NCBI GenBank assembly: GCA_037447435.1
Contig: JBBIGR010000009.1
Location: forward strand, 64,001-128,000
Source of the DNA: Fibrobacteria bacterium
GTDB taxonomy: Bacteria; Fibrobacterota; Chitinivibrionia; Chitinivibrionales; FEN-1185
Direction of reading: 5' to 3'
DNA length: 64,000 nucleotides
The notes beneath the pieces were generated by a model that made no database searches, had not been told where the DNA came from, and was given only the letters and a program-made list of their open reading frames with translations. Positions 49,873 to 59,232 of the stretch are shown here, piece after piece. The first letter of the stretch is position 1. The number at the start of each line of letters is the position of its first letter. Made by a program: the position numbers and the translations under genes.

Positions 49873-50799
49873 TTATTTTGTTGCCGATGCCGCAGGAATG
49901 GGAACGAATCCGTTTTCCTGGAGTATCTTTTGACCGGTCGAAGAAAGGACCCAGTTGATGAATTCTTTTTCGGCGCCGTCCGGATCGCCGAGCGTGTAAA
50001 TTTGTAAAGAACGTGCCAACGGATATTTTTTCGATAAAGCGTTTTCAACATTCGGCGTGTAATATTCTGCGCCTTGTTTTGCGCTCAGGTTCAACATTTT
50101 AATGCCTGCGGTGGCATAGCCCATGCCGCTGTAACCGATGGCTGTTTTGGTATTTGAAACCAATTCGACGACTTCCTTGGACCCGTTCATGTCGCGCGAT
50201 CCGAGCCTGAAATCTTTTTTATCAAGAACATGTTCGCGGAAAAATTCGTAGGTTCCGGAACTCGATTGCCTGCTGACGAGAACGATTTTATCGTCGGTTA
50301 CTCCGGGGATCTTGACGCCGAGCTGCGACCAGTTTGAAATCGATCCGCCTTCGACGAATATTTGGGCGAGCTGATCTATGGATATTTTGTCGAGCGGATT
50401 GTCTTTGTTGATGAAAACCGCCAAAGCATCGTACCCTACGATAAATTCCTTCGGTTCTTTTCCGGTGTTTTTCTTTGTCTGGTCGATTTCTTCCTGCTTG
50501 ATATTTCTGCTGGCGGTCGCAATATCGACGGTGCCTTTTTCAAGCGCGGCAAGACCCACGCCCGATCCGCCGCCCGATACTTCTATATCGACCGCAGGAT
50601 TCAGTTTCTTATATTCTTCGGCCCATGCCTGTGCGATATTGACCATGGTGTCGGAGCCTTTGATCTGAATCGTGGTTTTCTTTACTTTCGGCTGTTGGTC
50701 TTGCTTTTTTCCGCATCCCAAAACGAGCATTGCGGCACAAAACAATGCGGTGGAAATCGCGCGGACGGAACGGTTTGAAACAACGGCTTGCATACTCAT
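49873..50799 (-). CDS. pstS: Phosphate-binding lipoprotein PstS
   Basis: Lipobox VLGC; IKGSDTM, GGGSGVG, SRQSSSGTYEFF, YPLAR motifs. Confidence 0.94.
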   Translation of the reverse strand: MSMQAVVSNRSVRAISTALFCAAMLVLGCGKKQDQQPKVKKTTIQIKGSDTMVNIAQAWAEEYKKLNPAVDIEVSGGGSGVGLAALEKGTVDIATASRNIKQEEIDQTKKNTGKEPKEFIVGYDALAVFINKDNPLDKISIDQLAQIFVEGGSISNWSQLGVKIPGVTDDKIVLVSRQSSSGTYEFFREHVLDKKDFRLGSRDMNGSKEVVELVSNTKTAIGYSGMGYATAGIKMLNLSAKQGAEYYTPNVENALSKKYPLARSLQIYTLGDPDGAEKEFINWVLSSTGQKILQENGFVPIPAASATK

Positions 50800-51911
50800 T
50801 TGTCATTCTCCTTTATTTCGGTCACGATAATTGCTTTGACAAGGTCTTCCACTTGGATTTTGATAAACTGGAACGTTTCTTCAAAGGCTTTTCTTGAAAG
50901 TTCGATCGAGTTTTTGTAAGACGAGGGGTCGTCGATGGGCCAATCGAGGAAAATTGTTTTTCTCGGACGCTGCGGAAACATTTTATGCGCGTTCGGCGTG
51001 AGTGCGACAATAACTTGGTAATGATCCAGATTCGGAATCTGATGCAATGCCCGCGGTGCGACACGCGAAATATCGAACCCTTTTTCTTTCATAAAGTCGA
51101 TGGTAAAACGATCGATGGGTTGCGGATCGAGTCCTGCGCTGTTGAATATGAAGCGCGGCTGATTAAGTGCCGAGGCAATTGATTCGGCCATTTGACTGCG
51201 GCAACTGTTATGGTCGTCGATGAATAGTACTCTGAAGGCTTCGGCTCCGGGATGTTTCACATATTCGCCGGTGCACATGTACAATATTTCCATGCAAATG
51301 TTGCGCGCCTGGTCGCTTACCCGTTCGAACCGTTTGATAATGCTCATGAGCGGGTCGAAAATATCGTAGGTGATGTTGTGCTTTGTCAATTGGTCGACGA
51401 GGTTGCTGTTGAGGATACGGCGCAAATTGTCCACCGCGTCCTCTATTTCAATGTTCTTTTTCGCTTTTTCAGGGTCCTGATCGATGAAGGCCTGAATAGA
51501 ATCGTGAAACATGGTAATCGAAAGGTTCGCTATTTCCACAATGCCGTTTTTGATTGCATCGGACGGTTTTTCTTTGAGTTTTAAAATATGACGGGCAATA
51601 CTCTCGGCATAATCGCCGACCCTTTCGATTTCCAAATTGATTTTTATCGTGCTGTAGGCAAATCGCATGGGCATCGCAACGGGTTGCTGTCGAACGATGA
51701 ATTCAAGACAAAGTCTGTCTATCTCTTTTTCTTTTTCATCTATATATTGATCGCGAAGTATAATAGCATAGGCAAGTTGGCGGTTAAACTCGATACAGGA
51801 CTTAACGCTATCTTGTAATGCCTTTTCCGCATGGTTTGCCATTTGTATGACGTTTTGGCGAATGCGGTCTATATCACGTTGAAACGATTCCTCTAAATGC
51901 GTTTGCATCAT
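50796..51911 (-). CDS. phoU: PhoU fused to a C-terminal ArsC/LMW-PTP-like domain
   Basis: Two PhoU repeats (QQPVA..MR, ERVGDYA, ERVSDQA.NI), then VLFIDDHNSCRSQMAE, SAG, W.IDDP. Confidence 0.92.
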   Translation of the reverse strand: MMQTHLEESFQRDIDRIRQNVIQMANHAEKALQDSVKSCIEFNRQLAYAIILRDQYIDEKEKEIDRLCLEFIVRQQPVAMPMRFAYSTIKINLEIERVGDYAESIARHILKLKEKPSDAIKNGIVEIANLSITMFHDSIQAFIDQDPEKAKKNIEIEDAVDNLRRILNSNLVDQLTKHNITYDIFDPLMSIIKRFERVSDQARNICMEILYMCTGEYVKHPGAEAFRVLFIDDHNSCRSQMAESIASALNQPRFIFNSAGLDPQPIDRFTIDFMKEKGFDISRVAPRALHQIPNLDHYQVIVALTPNAHKMFPQRPRKTIFLDWPIDDPSSYKNSIELSRKAFEETFQFIKIQVEDLVKAIIVTEIKENDK

Positions 51912-52203
51912 AGATTCCTCACTCCTTTAGATATTGAGGGATTATGCCTTAAAATTGAACTATTGTAATGAGGGTTAATAATCAGGGCAAACATCGCTAT
52001 TAGAAAAATCCTGGTTAGATCCTAAATTAATCGGTATTTATTGAAATCATAGTTCATTGAAGTATGTCGCTTAAAATAATATCAGGCTTGATCGGAGACT
52101 GAGTTTGATTTTAAAAAAGAAAAATCAATTTGCTAACGGTTTCCTCACAAAACCGGCAAAAAAATAAGTAAAAAAACCTGGGTATATGGGTAAAATATTA
52201 ATC

Positions 52204-52242
52204 CTAACCAATTTCTAACACTCGTCTCAACTGTATCTAATT
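52204..52242 (+). promoter_or_regulatory. Putative Pho box (four direct repeats, 11-bp period)
   Basis: CTAACC (52204), CTAACA (52215), CTCAAC (52226), CTAATT (52237). An additional pair CTAACG/CTCACA at 52133/52144. Confidence 0.6.
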
Positions 52243-52344
52243 CAATAGCGCTAATTTTATAGCGTCGGAATTTTGGGTTCTTTTAAAAAAGCATACAATG
52301 AATTTCGTATAAAAATACTATAAACTCGGAAAAAGGAGGAGCAA

Positions 52345-52710
52345 ATGATCGACTTCAGTTATGATGCCGAGACCCTCAGCCCGATTTTTTCAAGAATGAA
52401 TCCAAGCCTTGGTCACATCAGGGGAAAAGTAACCGATATAGACGGTTATGGCCTTAAAAACGCAAGAATTTGGGTAAGGGAAACAGGTTTGAGCGCATTG
52501 AGTGATGATAAAGGAAACTTTGTCATAATCAATAATAAGCCGGGCATTTACAATCTTATTGCCGAATGTCAAGGATACGGCCGGTCGGAGACTGTAGACG
52601 TTGTCGTTGAGCCGGGCGACAATCCCGGGCTCAATTTTATTATGTTTCAAACATATAACCGTTTGCGACAAGGGCGTCGCCGCGGGTCATTAATTTGCCC
52701 TTTAGCGTAA
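52345..52710 (+). CDS. Carboxypeptidase regulatory-like (beta-sandwich) domain protein
   Basis: AGGAGG RBS; G.I.GKVTD..G..L..A.I......SD..G.F......PG.Y.L.....GY pattern. Confidence 0.78.
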   Translation: MIDFSYDAETLSPIFSRMNPSLGHIRGKVTDIDGYGLKNARIWVRETGLSALSDDKGNFVIINNKPGIYNLIAECQGYGRSETVDVVVEPGDNPGLNFIMFQTYNRLRQGRRRGSLICPLA

Positions 52711-53006
52711 CAGTAATCCTTCCTCATCTATTTCTAACGCATTACAAATAAAATCATAATTTTCGAGTTCGATTTTTATAGGGCCGAAAGAGAGCAGCCA
52801 AAATAAAGCCCGGTTGTTCTCTTTCGGATAAAAAAATAATGATTCGATTATTACAAAACGGCAGAGACATTAAACGCGGACCTCTGCGTGAAGGTATCGA
52901 TAGGAATAATTAGAATATGATTAGAAATATTGGAAATAAGGTATGGTTTTTGCAGGTTTTATTTCGGAACATACTCAAAAAAAACACGAAAATAACAAAA
53001 AAGAGC

Positions 53007-53034
53007 CTAACACAATTCTAACAAATCCCTAATA
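53007..53034 (+). promoter_or_regulatory. Putative Pho box upstream of the porin-pstSCAB operon
   Basis: CTAACA (53007), CTAACA (53018), CTAATA (53029), 11-bp period. Confidence 0.7.
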
Positions 53035-53232
53035 ATTTCAAAACCAGCAACCGTCATATTTATAACAGTCAATCATGAATGGGATTGGATAAAGTGACGG
53101 CGGCAATGTCCTGTAGCGGACATACATGGGGATAAGGAAGGGGGGACGATCGCAAAACTTTTTATCCGCCATTGTTTAGTTTGAAAAAATTTAAAGAGAT
53201 TAGAAAAATATTTATCCATGGGAGGATCGCGA

Positions 53233-54645
53233 ATGAAAAAAGTAATGACAACCTGTATATCGCTTATGGCAATTGCCTTTGCAGCGTTGGCTCAAAATAA
53301 CGATAGCGCGACAACAAAATCGCAAAATGGTAATCAAACGGCTGTTGAGGAGAAAGTATCCGATCTTAAAGGAGCGGTCGACGGGCTGAATGAAAGTTAT
53401 TTGGAGACAAAGGCAACGGTCGGTGCTTTGGCCAAAATCAAAGTATCGGGATATATACAGGCTCAGTATATGGTTGCGGATGTAAAAAACAGTCTTTCTG
53501 CGATGTACAGCGTGCCGGCAGGAAAAGTCGCGGCAACAACCTATGGTCGCCAGGAGTTTTTGATAAAGCGCGGAAGGTTGAAAACAACCTATGATGCCGG
53601 ATTGGCACAATACGTGCTTGAATTAGATGCAACACAGGACGGCGTCGGAATCAAAGACGCCTATGCGGCGTTTTCGGAACCATGGCTTAATTCTTTTAAA
53701 TTGACTATGGGTGCGATGGACCGCCCGTTCGGGTATGAAGTGAGCTATTCATCCAGCCAGCTCGAATCGCCGGAACGTTCCCGCATAATCGGCAATCTTT
53801 TTCCCAAAGAAAAAGATCTCGGCGCAATGCTTGAATTCGGCCAGGATGAAGGACCGTTGTCGTGGCTTACCGTCAAGGGTGGCGTTTATAACGGTATGAC
53901 CAATATCACCGACGAAGATGATGATTATAAAGATGTGATCGGCAGAGCCGGCGTAAAATTTCCCATGCCGAAAGCGGGTTTGGATATTGAAGGCGGCGTG
54001 TCTGCTTATTATGGAAAAGTCACGGATTTCGATACGGTAAGTAAGGGAAGAGAATATGAAATGAACGGGAATGCGTGGACGGTTAAGACCGGACAGAACG
54101 GCCAATTGTTCGATCGTAAATATTACGGCGCCGATATCCAATTGTATTATGCCACACCGGTCATCGGCGGAACCTGCCTCAAGGGTGAATATATTCAGGG
54201 GTATCACCCGACAAAAGGCGGCGCTTCCGACTTTTACGGAAGCGGAACATCGGTTACGGTGAACGATCCGGTGTACGAAAGACAAATGGCGGGTTTTTAC
54301 ACCTATCTCATTCAAAATATCGATCCTGCGAATCTGCAGCTTGTTGTCAAATATGATTTTTGGGATCCCAATACCCAGGTTGCCGCGAGTGATTTTGTAG
54401 ACAATACGACAACGAAAACTACATTGACAAACCAGGACCTTGCCTATTCGACGTGGGGATTCGGCGCATTGTACTATTTGCCCTGGGCTCCAAACGTGCG
54501 CTTGCAGTTGTATTATGAAATACCCAAAATCGAGAAGCTGGACGCGACAAAAGTTGCCGCGACAAGTTCTCTGTTCAAGTATACGGACTATACAAGTGCA
54601 ACAAATTTGAACATGTTGACGTTTAGGGTTCAATTTAAGTTCTAA
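53233..54645 (+). CDS. Phosphate-selective porin (OprO/P-like) outer membrane protein
   Basis: GGAGG RBS; signal peptide; coiled segment; KVSGYIQAQY, IKRGRLK, IKDAY, PFGYE..SS....ERS; C-terminal Phe. Confidence 0.85.
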   Translation: MKKVMTTCISLMAIAFAALAQNNDSATTKSQNGNQTAVEEKVSDLKGAVDGLNESYLETKATVGALAKIKVSGYIQAQYMVADVKNSLSAMYSVPAGKVAATTYGRQEFLIKRGRLKTTYDAGLAQYVLELDATQDGVGIKDAYAAFSEPWLNSFKLTMGAMDRPFGYEVSYSSSQLESPERSRIIGNLFPKEKDLGAMLEFGQDEGPLSWLTVKGGVYNGMTNITDEDDDYKDVIGRAGVKFPMPKAGLDIEGGVSAYYGKVTDFDTVSKGREYEMNGNAWTVKTGQNGQLFDRKYYGADIQLYYATPVIGGTCLKGEYIQGYHPTKGGASDFYGSGTSVTVNDPVYERQMAGFYTYLIQNIDPANLQLVVKYDFWDPNTQVAASDFVDNTTTKTTLTNQDLAYSTWGFGALYYLPWAPNVRLQLYYEIPKIEKLDATKVAATSSLFKYTDYTSATNLNMLTFRVQFKF

Positions 54646-54689
54646 TTTGCTTTGAAACGATGCTTCCATTATTAACAAGGAGAAATAGA

Positions 54690-55532
54690 ATGAAAAAAAT
54701 GTCAAAAAAAATTATAGCAGTCGGGCTTTGCATTGCATGTGCATTCGGGCTCATGGCTGCAACAAATAAAAAAGTGATTACGGTCAAGGGTTCCGATACG
54801 ATGGTCATACTTGCCCAACGCTGGGCGGAACAATACATGGCAAAACATCCCGATATCACCGTGCAGGTCACGGGCGGCGGTTCGGGGGTCGGGCTTTCGG
54901 CACTCATTAACGGCACTACCGATATTGCCAATTCGTCGCGTCCTATGAAGAAAAGCGAAATGGACAAACTCAAGGTCCGTTTCAATTCGCTGGGATACGA
55001 AACCCAAGGGGCGAAAGACGGTATAACCCTGTATATGAACGAATCGAATCCGATATCTGAAATGACCATCAGCCAGATCAAGGCGATTTACCTTGGCGAA
55101 ATAACGAATTGGAAAGACGTGGGCGGTCCTGATGCCAAAATCATACTGTACGGACGCGAAAACAGTTCGGGCACGTATGTCTATTTTAGAGATAATGTCT
55201 TAGGCGGCAAAGATTACGCGGCGAGTATGCAGTCTCTTCCGGGAACTGCAGCGGTAGTCAATGCGGTTGCCAAAGACAATTTAGGAATCGGTTACGGCGG
55301 TGCTGCGTATGCAAAGGGGATCAAGGTCCTTAAGGTTAAAAAGGATGCGAATTCTCCCGCCTACGAGCCAACGCCGGAAACCATTAAAATGAACCAGTAC
55401 CCGATCACCCGGTATCTTTACATGTATACCCGTGCAAAGCCGATCGGCGACATTAAGGATTTTATCGACTGGACGCTTTCCAGCGAAGGACAATCCGTCG
55501 TGACAAAAGTCGGGTATTTCCCGGTTAATTAA
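54690..55532 (+). CDS. pstS: Phosphate-binding protein PstS
   Basis: VKGSDTM, GGGSGVG, GRENSSGTY, YPITRYLY motifs. Confidence 0.95.
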   Translation: MKKMSKKIIAVGLCIACAFGLMAATNKKVITVKGSDTMVILAQRWAEQYMAKHPDITVQVTGGGSGVGLSALINGTTDIANSSRPMKKSEMDKLKVRFNSLGYETQGAKDGITLYMNESNPISEMTISQIKAIYLGEITNWKDVGGPDAKIILYGRENSSGTYVYFRDNVLGGKDYAASMQSLPGTAAVVNAVAKDNLGIGYGGAAYAKGIKVLKVKKDANSPAYEPTPETIKMNQYPITRYLYMYTRAKPIGDIKDFIDWTLSSEGQSVVTKVGYFPVN

Positions 55533-55543
55533 AGTGCTCTCAA

Positions 55544-55639
55544 AATCCCCCCTAACCCCTTAGGGGGCTGTGCCGGGTCTTCACCGCTCGCGCGCCGAAC
55601 ACCGTTCATTAACGGTGTTCGTGAAGCGAGCGGTGAAGA
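55544..55639 (+). repeat. REP-like element plus long hairpin in the pstS-pstC spacer
   Basis: AATCCCCCCTAACCCCTTAGGGGG, then TCTTCACCGCTCGC..CGAACACCGTT-catt-AACGGTGTTCG..GCGAGCGGTGAAGA (55578-55639). Confidence 0.75.
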
Positions 55640-55669
55640 AAAAAATAAACATAATTTTAGGATGCGCTC

Positions 55670-56626
55670 GTGCCCCCAAATAATGAAAAAACAATAAAAA
55701 TGAACAAAGGCAAATCAAAATTTCGCCTTCATGAATTCATTATCGAAAAGTCAATGGCTTCGATCGCTTTTATTTCTTTCGCATTTATAATTCTTATTCT
55801 CATATTCGTGTTCCGCGAAGCAATACCGCTTATCATCGGCACTGCAATGGATGATGTGGGTAAGGTGACTCTTAAAAACGTATTGGCGCTTGCGTGGCAA
55901 CCTGTTTCGAATTCACCGCAATACGGACTTTTACCGCTTATCGTCGGTAGTCTCAAAGTCACCTTTGTTGCAATGGGTTTTGCGTTTCCCGTGGCGATAT
56001 TGGCCGCATTGTTCACCTCAACGTTTGCCCCAAAATGGGCAAAGGAAATTTTGAAACCCGCCATAGAAATTTTGGCTGGTTTTCCGTCCGTGGTTATCGG
56101 CTTTTTCGCCTTAACGGTATTGGCTTCGTTTTTTCAGCATGTGCTAGGTCTGCGGTACCGGTTGAATGCGTTTACCGGCGGTATTGCGCTTTCGATGGCC
56201 GTCATCCCGATCATATATACGGTTGCCGAAGACGCAATCAATGTATTGCCCAAAACAATGCGCGAAGCAAGCTATGCTCTCGGCGCGACAAAATGGGAAA
56301 CATCGCTATATATTTTACTGCCTGCCGCGACGCCCGGCGTTTTTGCCGCATTACTATTAGGATTGGGACGGGCTTTCGGCGAAACAATGATCGTTTTAAT
56401 GGCAACGGGAAATGCGGCGCTGTTATCGCCCCATATATTCGAACCGGTGCGGACAATGTCGGCAACCATCGGTGCGGAAATGGCGGAAGTGGTATTCGGC
56501 GACGCGCATTACAATACGCTGTTTTTTATCGGCGTTTGCCTGTTCATGTTTTCGTTTTCCCTTAATGCAATTGCGGAACTTGTGGTTCGTCAACGAATGA
56601 TGAAAAGGTTTAGAGGCAACTCGTGA
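55670..56626 (+). CDS. pstC: Phosphate ABC transporter permease PstC (start may be ATG 55700)
   Basis: EILAGFPSVVIG, GRAFGETMIVLMATGN motifs. Confidence 0.95.
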   Translation: MPPNNEKTIKMNKGKSKFRLHEFIIEKSMASIAFISFAFIILILIFVFREAIPLIIGTAMDDVGKVTLKNVLALAWQPVSNSPQYGLLPLIVGSLKVTFVAMGFAFPVAILAALFTSTFAPKWAKEILKPAIEILAGFPSVVIGFFALTVLASFFQHVLGLRYRLNAFTGGIALSMAVIPIIYTVAEDAINVLPKTMREASYALGATKWETSLYILLPAATPGVFAALLLGLGRAFGETMIVLMATGNAALLSPHIFEPVRTMSATIGAEMAEVVFGDAHYNTLFFIGVCLFMFSFSLNAIAELVVRQRMMKRFRGNS

Positions 56627-57528
56627 AACTATCAAAAAAAGTTCTCGGCATCGGCATAATATCTTTGACCGGATTTTGCGCCTTCCTTATTATCGGCGTG
56701 GTCATTTTTATCATGGCAAACATCATCGTGGGCGGGCATTCGGTAATGTCCTGGAAGTTTTTAACCACTAATCCGACCGAAGGGATGACGCAGGGCGGAA
56801 TTTTTCCCGCCATTGTGGGTACATTTTTCCTGGTTTGCATTATGTCTTTGGTGGGCGTTCCGGTCGGGACCGTTACCGCTGTTTACTTGGCAGAATATGT
56901 AAAACAGGAATCCTGGATTGCAAAATCGATACGGTTTGCGGTCAATACGCTCGCCGGCATTCCCGCAATCGTCTTCGGACTGTTCGGTTTGGGCTTTTTC
57001 ATTCAATTCGTCGGCACCAACATGGATAAGGCTTTTAGCGGTCAGGGAAATCTGGTTTGGGGAAAGCCGAGCATTTTATGGGCAAGCCTGACAATGGCAC
57101 TTTTGACATTACCCGTTGTCATTGTTTCGGTGGAAGAGGCGATAAAGGCGGTACCCCGGGAATTGCGCGAAGCGAGTTTGGCCCTGGGTGCGACAAAATG
57201 GGAAACCATTTTACGTATCGTGCTTCCCAATTCGATAACCGGGATTCTGACCGGCGCGATTTTGGCCGTGAGCCGCGGTGCCGGTGAGGTTGCACCGATA
57301 CTGTTTACCGGCGCGGCGTATTTTTTGCCCGATATTCCGACAAAACTATCGGACCAGTTCATGGAGCTCGGCTATCACGTGTATATAATGGCGACACAAT
57401 CGACCAATGTGGATTCGACCGCAGGGATACAGTACGCGACGACGCTGGTGTTGTTGCTGTTGACATTTATCTTGAATTTTTCAGCTATTTATTTGCGCTT
57501 TTGGATGAGAAAACGTTCGTTTCAGTAG
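56623..57528 (+). CDS. pstA: Phosphate ABC transporter permease PstA
   Basis: GGIFPAIVGT, YLAEY, LAGIPAIVFGLFG, SRGAGEVAPI motifs. Confidence 0.95.
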   Translation: MKLSKKVLGIGIISLTGFCAFLIIGVVIFIMANIIVGGHSVMSWKFLTTNPTEGMTQGGIFPAIVGTFFLVCIMSLVGVPVGTVTAVYLAEYVKQESWIAKSIRFAVNTLAGIPAIVFGLFGLGFFIQFVGTNMDKAFSGQGNLVWGKPSILWASLTMALLTLPVVIVSVEEAIKAVPRELREASLALGATKWETILRIVLPNSITGILTGAILAVSRGAGEVAPILFTGAAYFLPDIPTKLSDQFMELGYHVYIMATQSTNVDSTAGIQYATTLVLLLLTFILNFSAIYLRFWMRKRSFQ

Positions 57529-57594
57529 GAAGAACATTTGTCCCCGCAGCGTTGGCTGAGGGATACCTTTTTGCATACAATAAGTTGGGATTAT

Positions 57595-58368
57595 ATGGAA
57601 AACATTGACACAAGATCGGTCGTGATAGAAACGAAAAATGTGAATCTTCAGTACGGCGCCAAGAAAGCGCTCTGCGACATTTCCATGGACATCCGTGAAA
57701 AATGCGTGACGGCCTTTATCGGTCCTTCTGGCTGCGGAAAATCGACATTTTTGCGTTTGTTCAACAGAATGAACGATCTCATCGAAGGCGTATCGATACA
57801 AGGTACCATAAAAATACACGGCGTCGATATTTATGAAACATCCATCGATGTGGTTGATTTAAGAAGAAAAGTAGGCATGATTTTCCAGAAATCCAATCCT
57901 TTTCCAAAGTCGATTTACGAAAACGTCGCCTATGGTCCTAAAATTCAGGGTATCCGGAAGAAAAGCGAATTGGACGGCATCGTGGAACAATGTTTACGGC
58001 AGGCGGCATTATGGGATGAGGTGAAAGACGCGCTTCACGGCAATGCGTTGGGACTTTCCGGCGGACAGCAACAACGGTTATGCATAGCCCGCGCATTGGC
58101 GGTCAAACCCGAAATTTTGCTTATGGACGAACCCGCATCGGCATTGGATCCTTTGTCAACCGCTAAAATAGAGGAACTGATTTACGAATTAAAGGACGAT
58201 TACACCATAGTCATTGTCACGCACAATATGCAGCAGGCGTCCAGAGTCAGCGATTACACCGCATTCTTTTATATGGGCGAACTCATTGAATACGACAATA
58301 CGACGGCGATGTTTACTTCGCCTAAATTGAAACGGACCGAGGATTATATTACCGGAAGATTCGGATAG
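57595..58368 (+). CDS. pstB: Phosphate ABC transporter ATP-binding protein PstB (canonical)
   Basis: [51 protein letters not shown] all intact. Confidence 0.97.
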   Translation: MENIDTRSVVIETKNVNLQYGAKKALCDISMDIREKCVTAFIGPSGCGKSTFLRLFNRMNDLIEGVSIQGTIKIHGVDIYETSIDVVDLRRKVGMIFQKSNPFPKSIYENVAYGPKIQGIRKKSELDGIVEQCLRQAALWDEVKDALHGNALGLSGGQQQRLCIARALAVKPEILLMDEPASALDPLSTAKIEELIYELKDDYTIVIVTHNMQQASRVSDYTAFFYMGELIEYDNTTAMFTSPKLKRTEDYITGRFG

Positions 58369-58536
58369 CGTCCGTGATGAATAATACGATATACTGTATT
58401 TGGAACCGTAATGCTTTCATATCGATGCGTTCACTTCTCCTCCTCATGGTTATTTGAGAGAGAAAAATTAGCTTTCAGGTCCCTGTTTGGGGCATAGGGA
58501 AGCGGCAAAAAACAAAAATTATGGAATCGAGACCGT

Positions 58537-59229
58537 ATGGCGCATGAATCGATACTAATCGTCGAAGATGAAGACGACATCAGGGAATTAATAGCCTATA
58601 ACCTGACAAAAGAAGGCTACAGGCCCCATGGTGCGTTGTCCGGGGAAGATGCGATCAAAAAAGCGAGGGCCGAGCGCTACGATCTGATTATTTTGGACCT
58701 CATGCTGCCGGGAATCGACGGACTCGATGTCTGTCGGACCCTTAAAAAGGACGCGAAGACACAAACCATTCCGGTCATCATGCTCACGGCTAAAGGCGAA
58801 GAATCGGATATGGTAAGCGGTTTGGAACTCGGTGCCGACGATTATATTGTCAAACCGTTTTCACCGCGGGTACTTATTGCACGCATAAAGACGGTTTTGC
58901 GGAGGAAATCGGCCGAACCTATAGACCCGAACGCATCGATAAGCATCCACGATCTTGCCATTCATCCGGGCAGACGTGAAGTTCTGGTCGGTAAGCGCAG
59001 CGTTGAATTGACAAATATGGAATTTCGGGTCTTGCACCTTCTTGCCAGCAGGCCGGGCTGGGTTTTTTCCCGGTATCAAATCGTGGAAGGCGTCCGCGGC
59101 GATAATTATCCCGTTACCGACAGGTCGGTAGACGTACTCATTGTAGGGTTACGGAAAAAACTGGGCGATGCGGGCGAGTATATCGAAACCGTGCGGGGTG
59201 CGGGGTATCGTTTTAAGGAAGCAGAATAA
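58537..59229 (+). CDS. phoB: Phosphate regulon response regulator (OmpR/PhoB family)
   Basis: VEDE, LDLMLP, MLTA, GADDY..KPF, TVRG.GY motifs; pst context. Confidence 0.9.
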   Translation: MAHESILIVEDEDDIRELIAYNLTKEGYRPHGALSGEDAIKKARAERYDLIILDLMLPGIDGLDVCRTLKKDAKTQTIPVIMLTAKGEESDMVSGLELGADDYIVKPFSPRVLIARIKTVLRRKSAEPIDPNASISIHDLAIHPGRREVLVGKRSVELTNMEFRVLHLLASRPGWVFSRYQIVEGVRGDNYPVTDRSVDVLIVGLRKKLGDAGEYIETVRGAGYRFKEAE

Positions 59230-59232
59230 ACA

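Noticed and set aside
52784..52827. Hairpin after the small beta-sandwich gene as an intrinsic terminator or ncRNA
   Set aside because: The stem is real but has no U-tract on the coding strand and no family features, so I cannot assign a function.
53749..54705. 318-aa - strand ORF
   Set aside because: Antisense to the porin gene, with no domain evidence.
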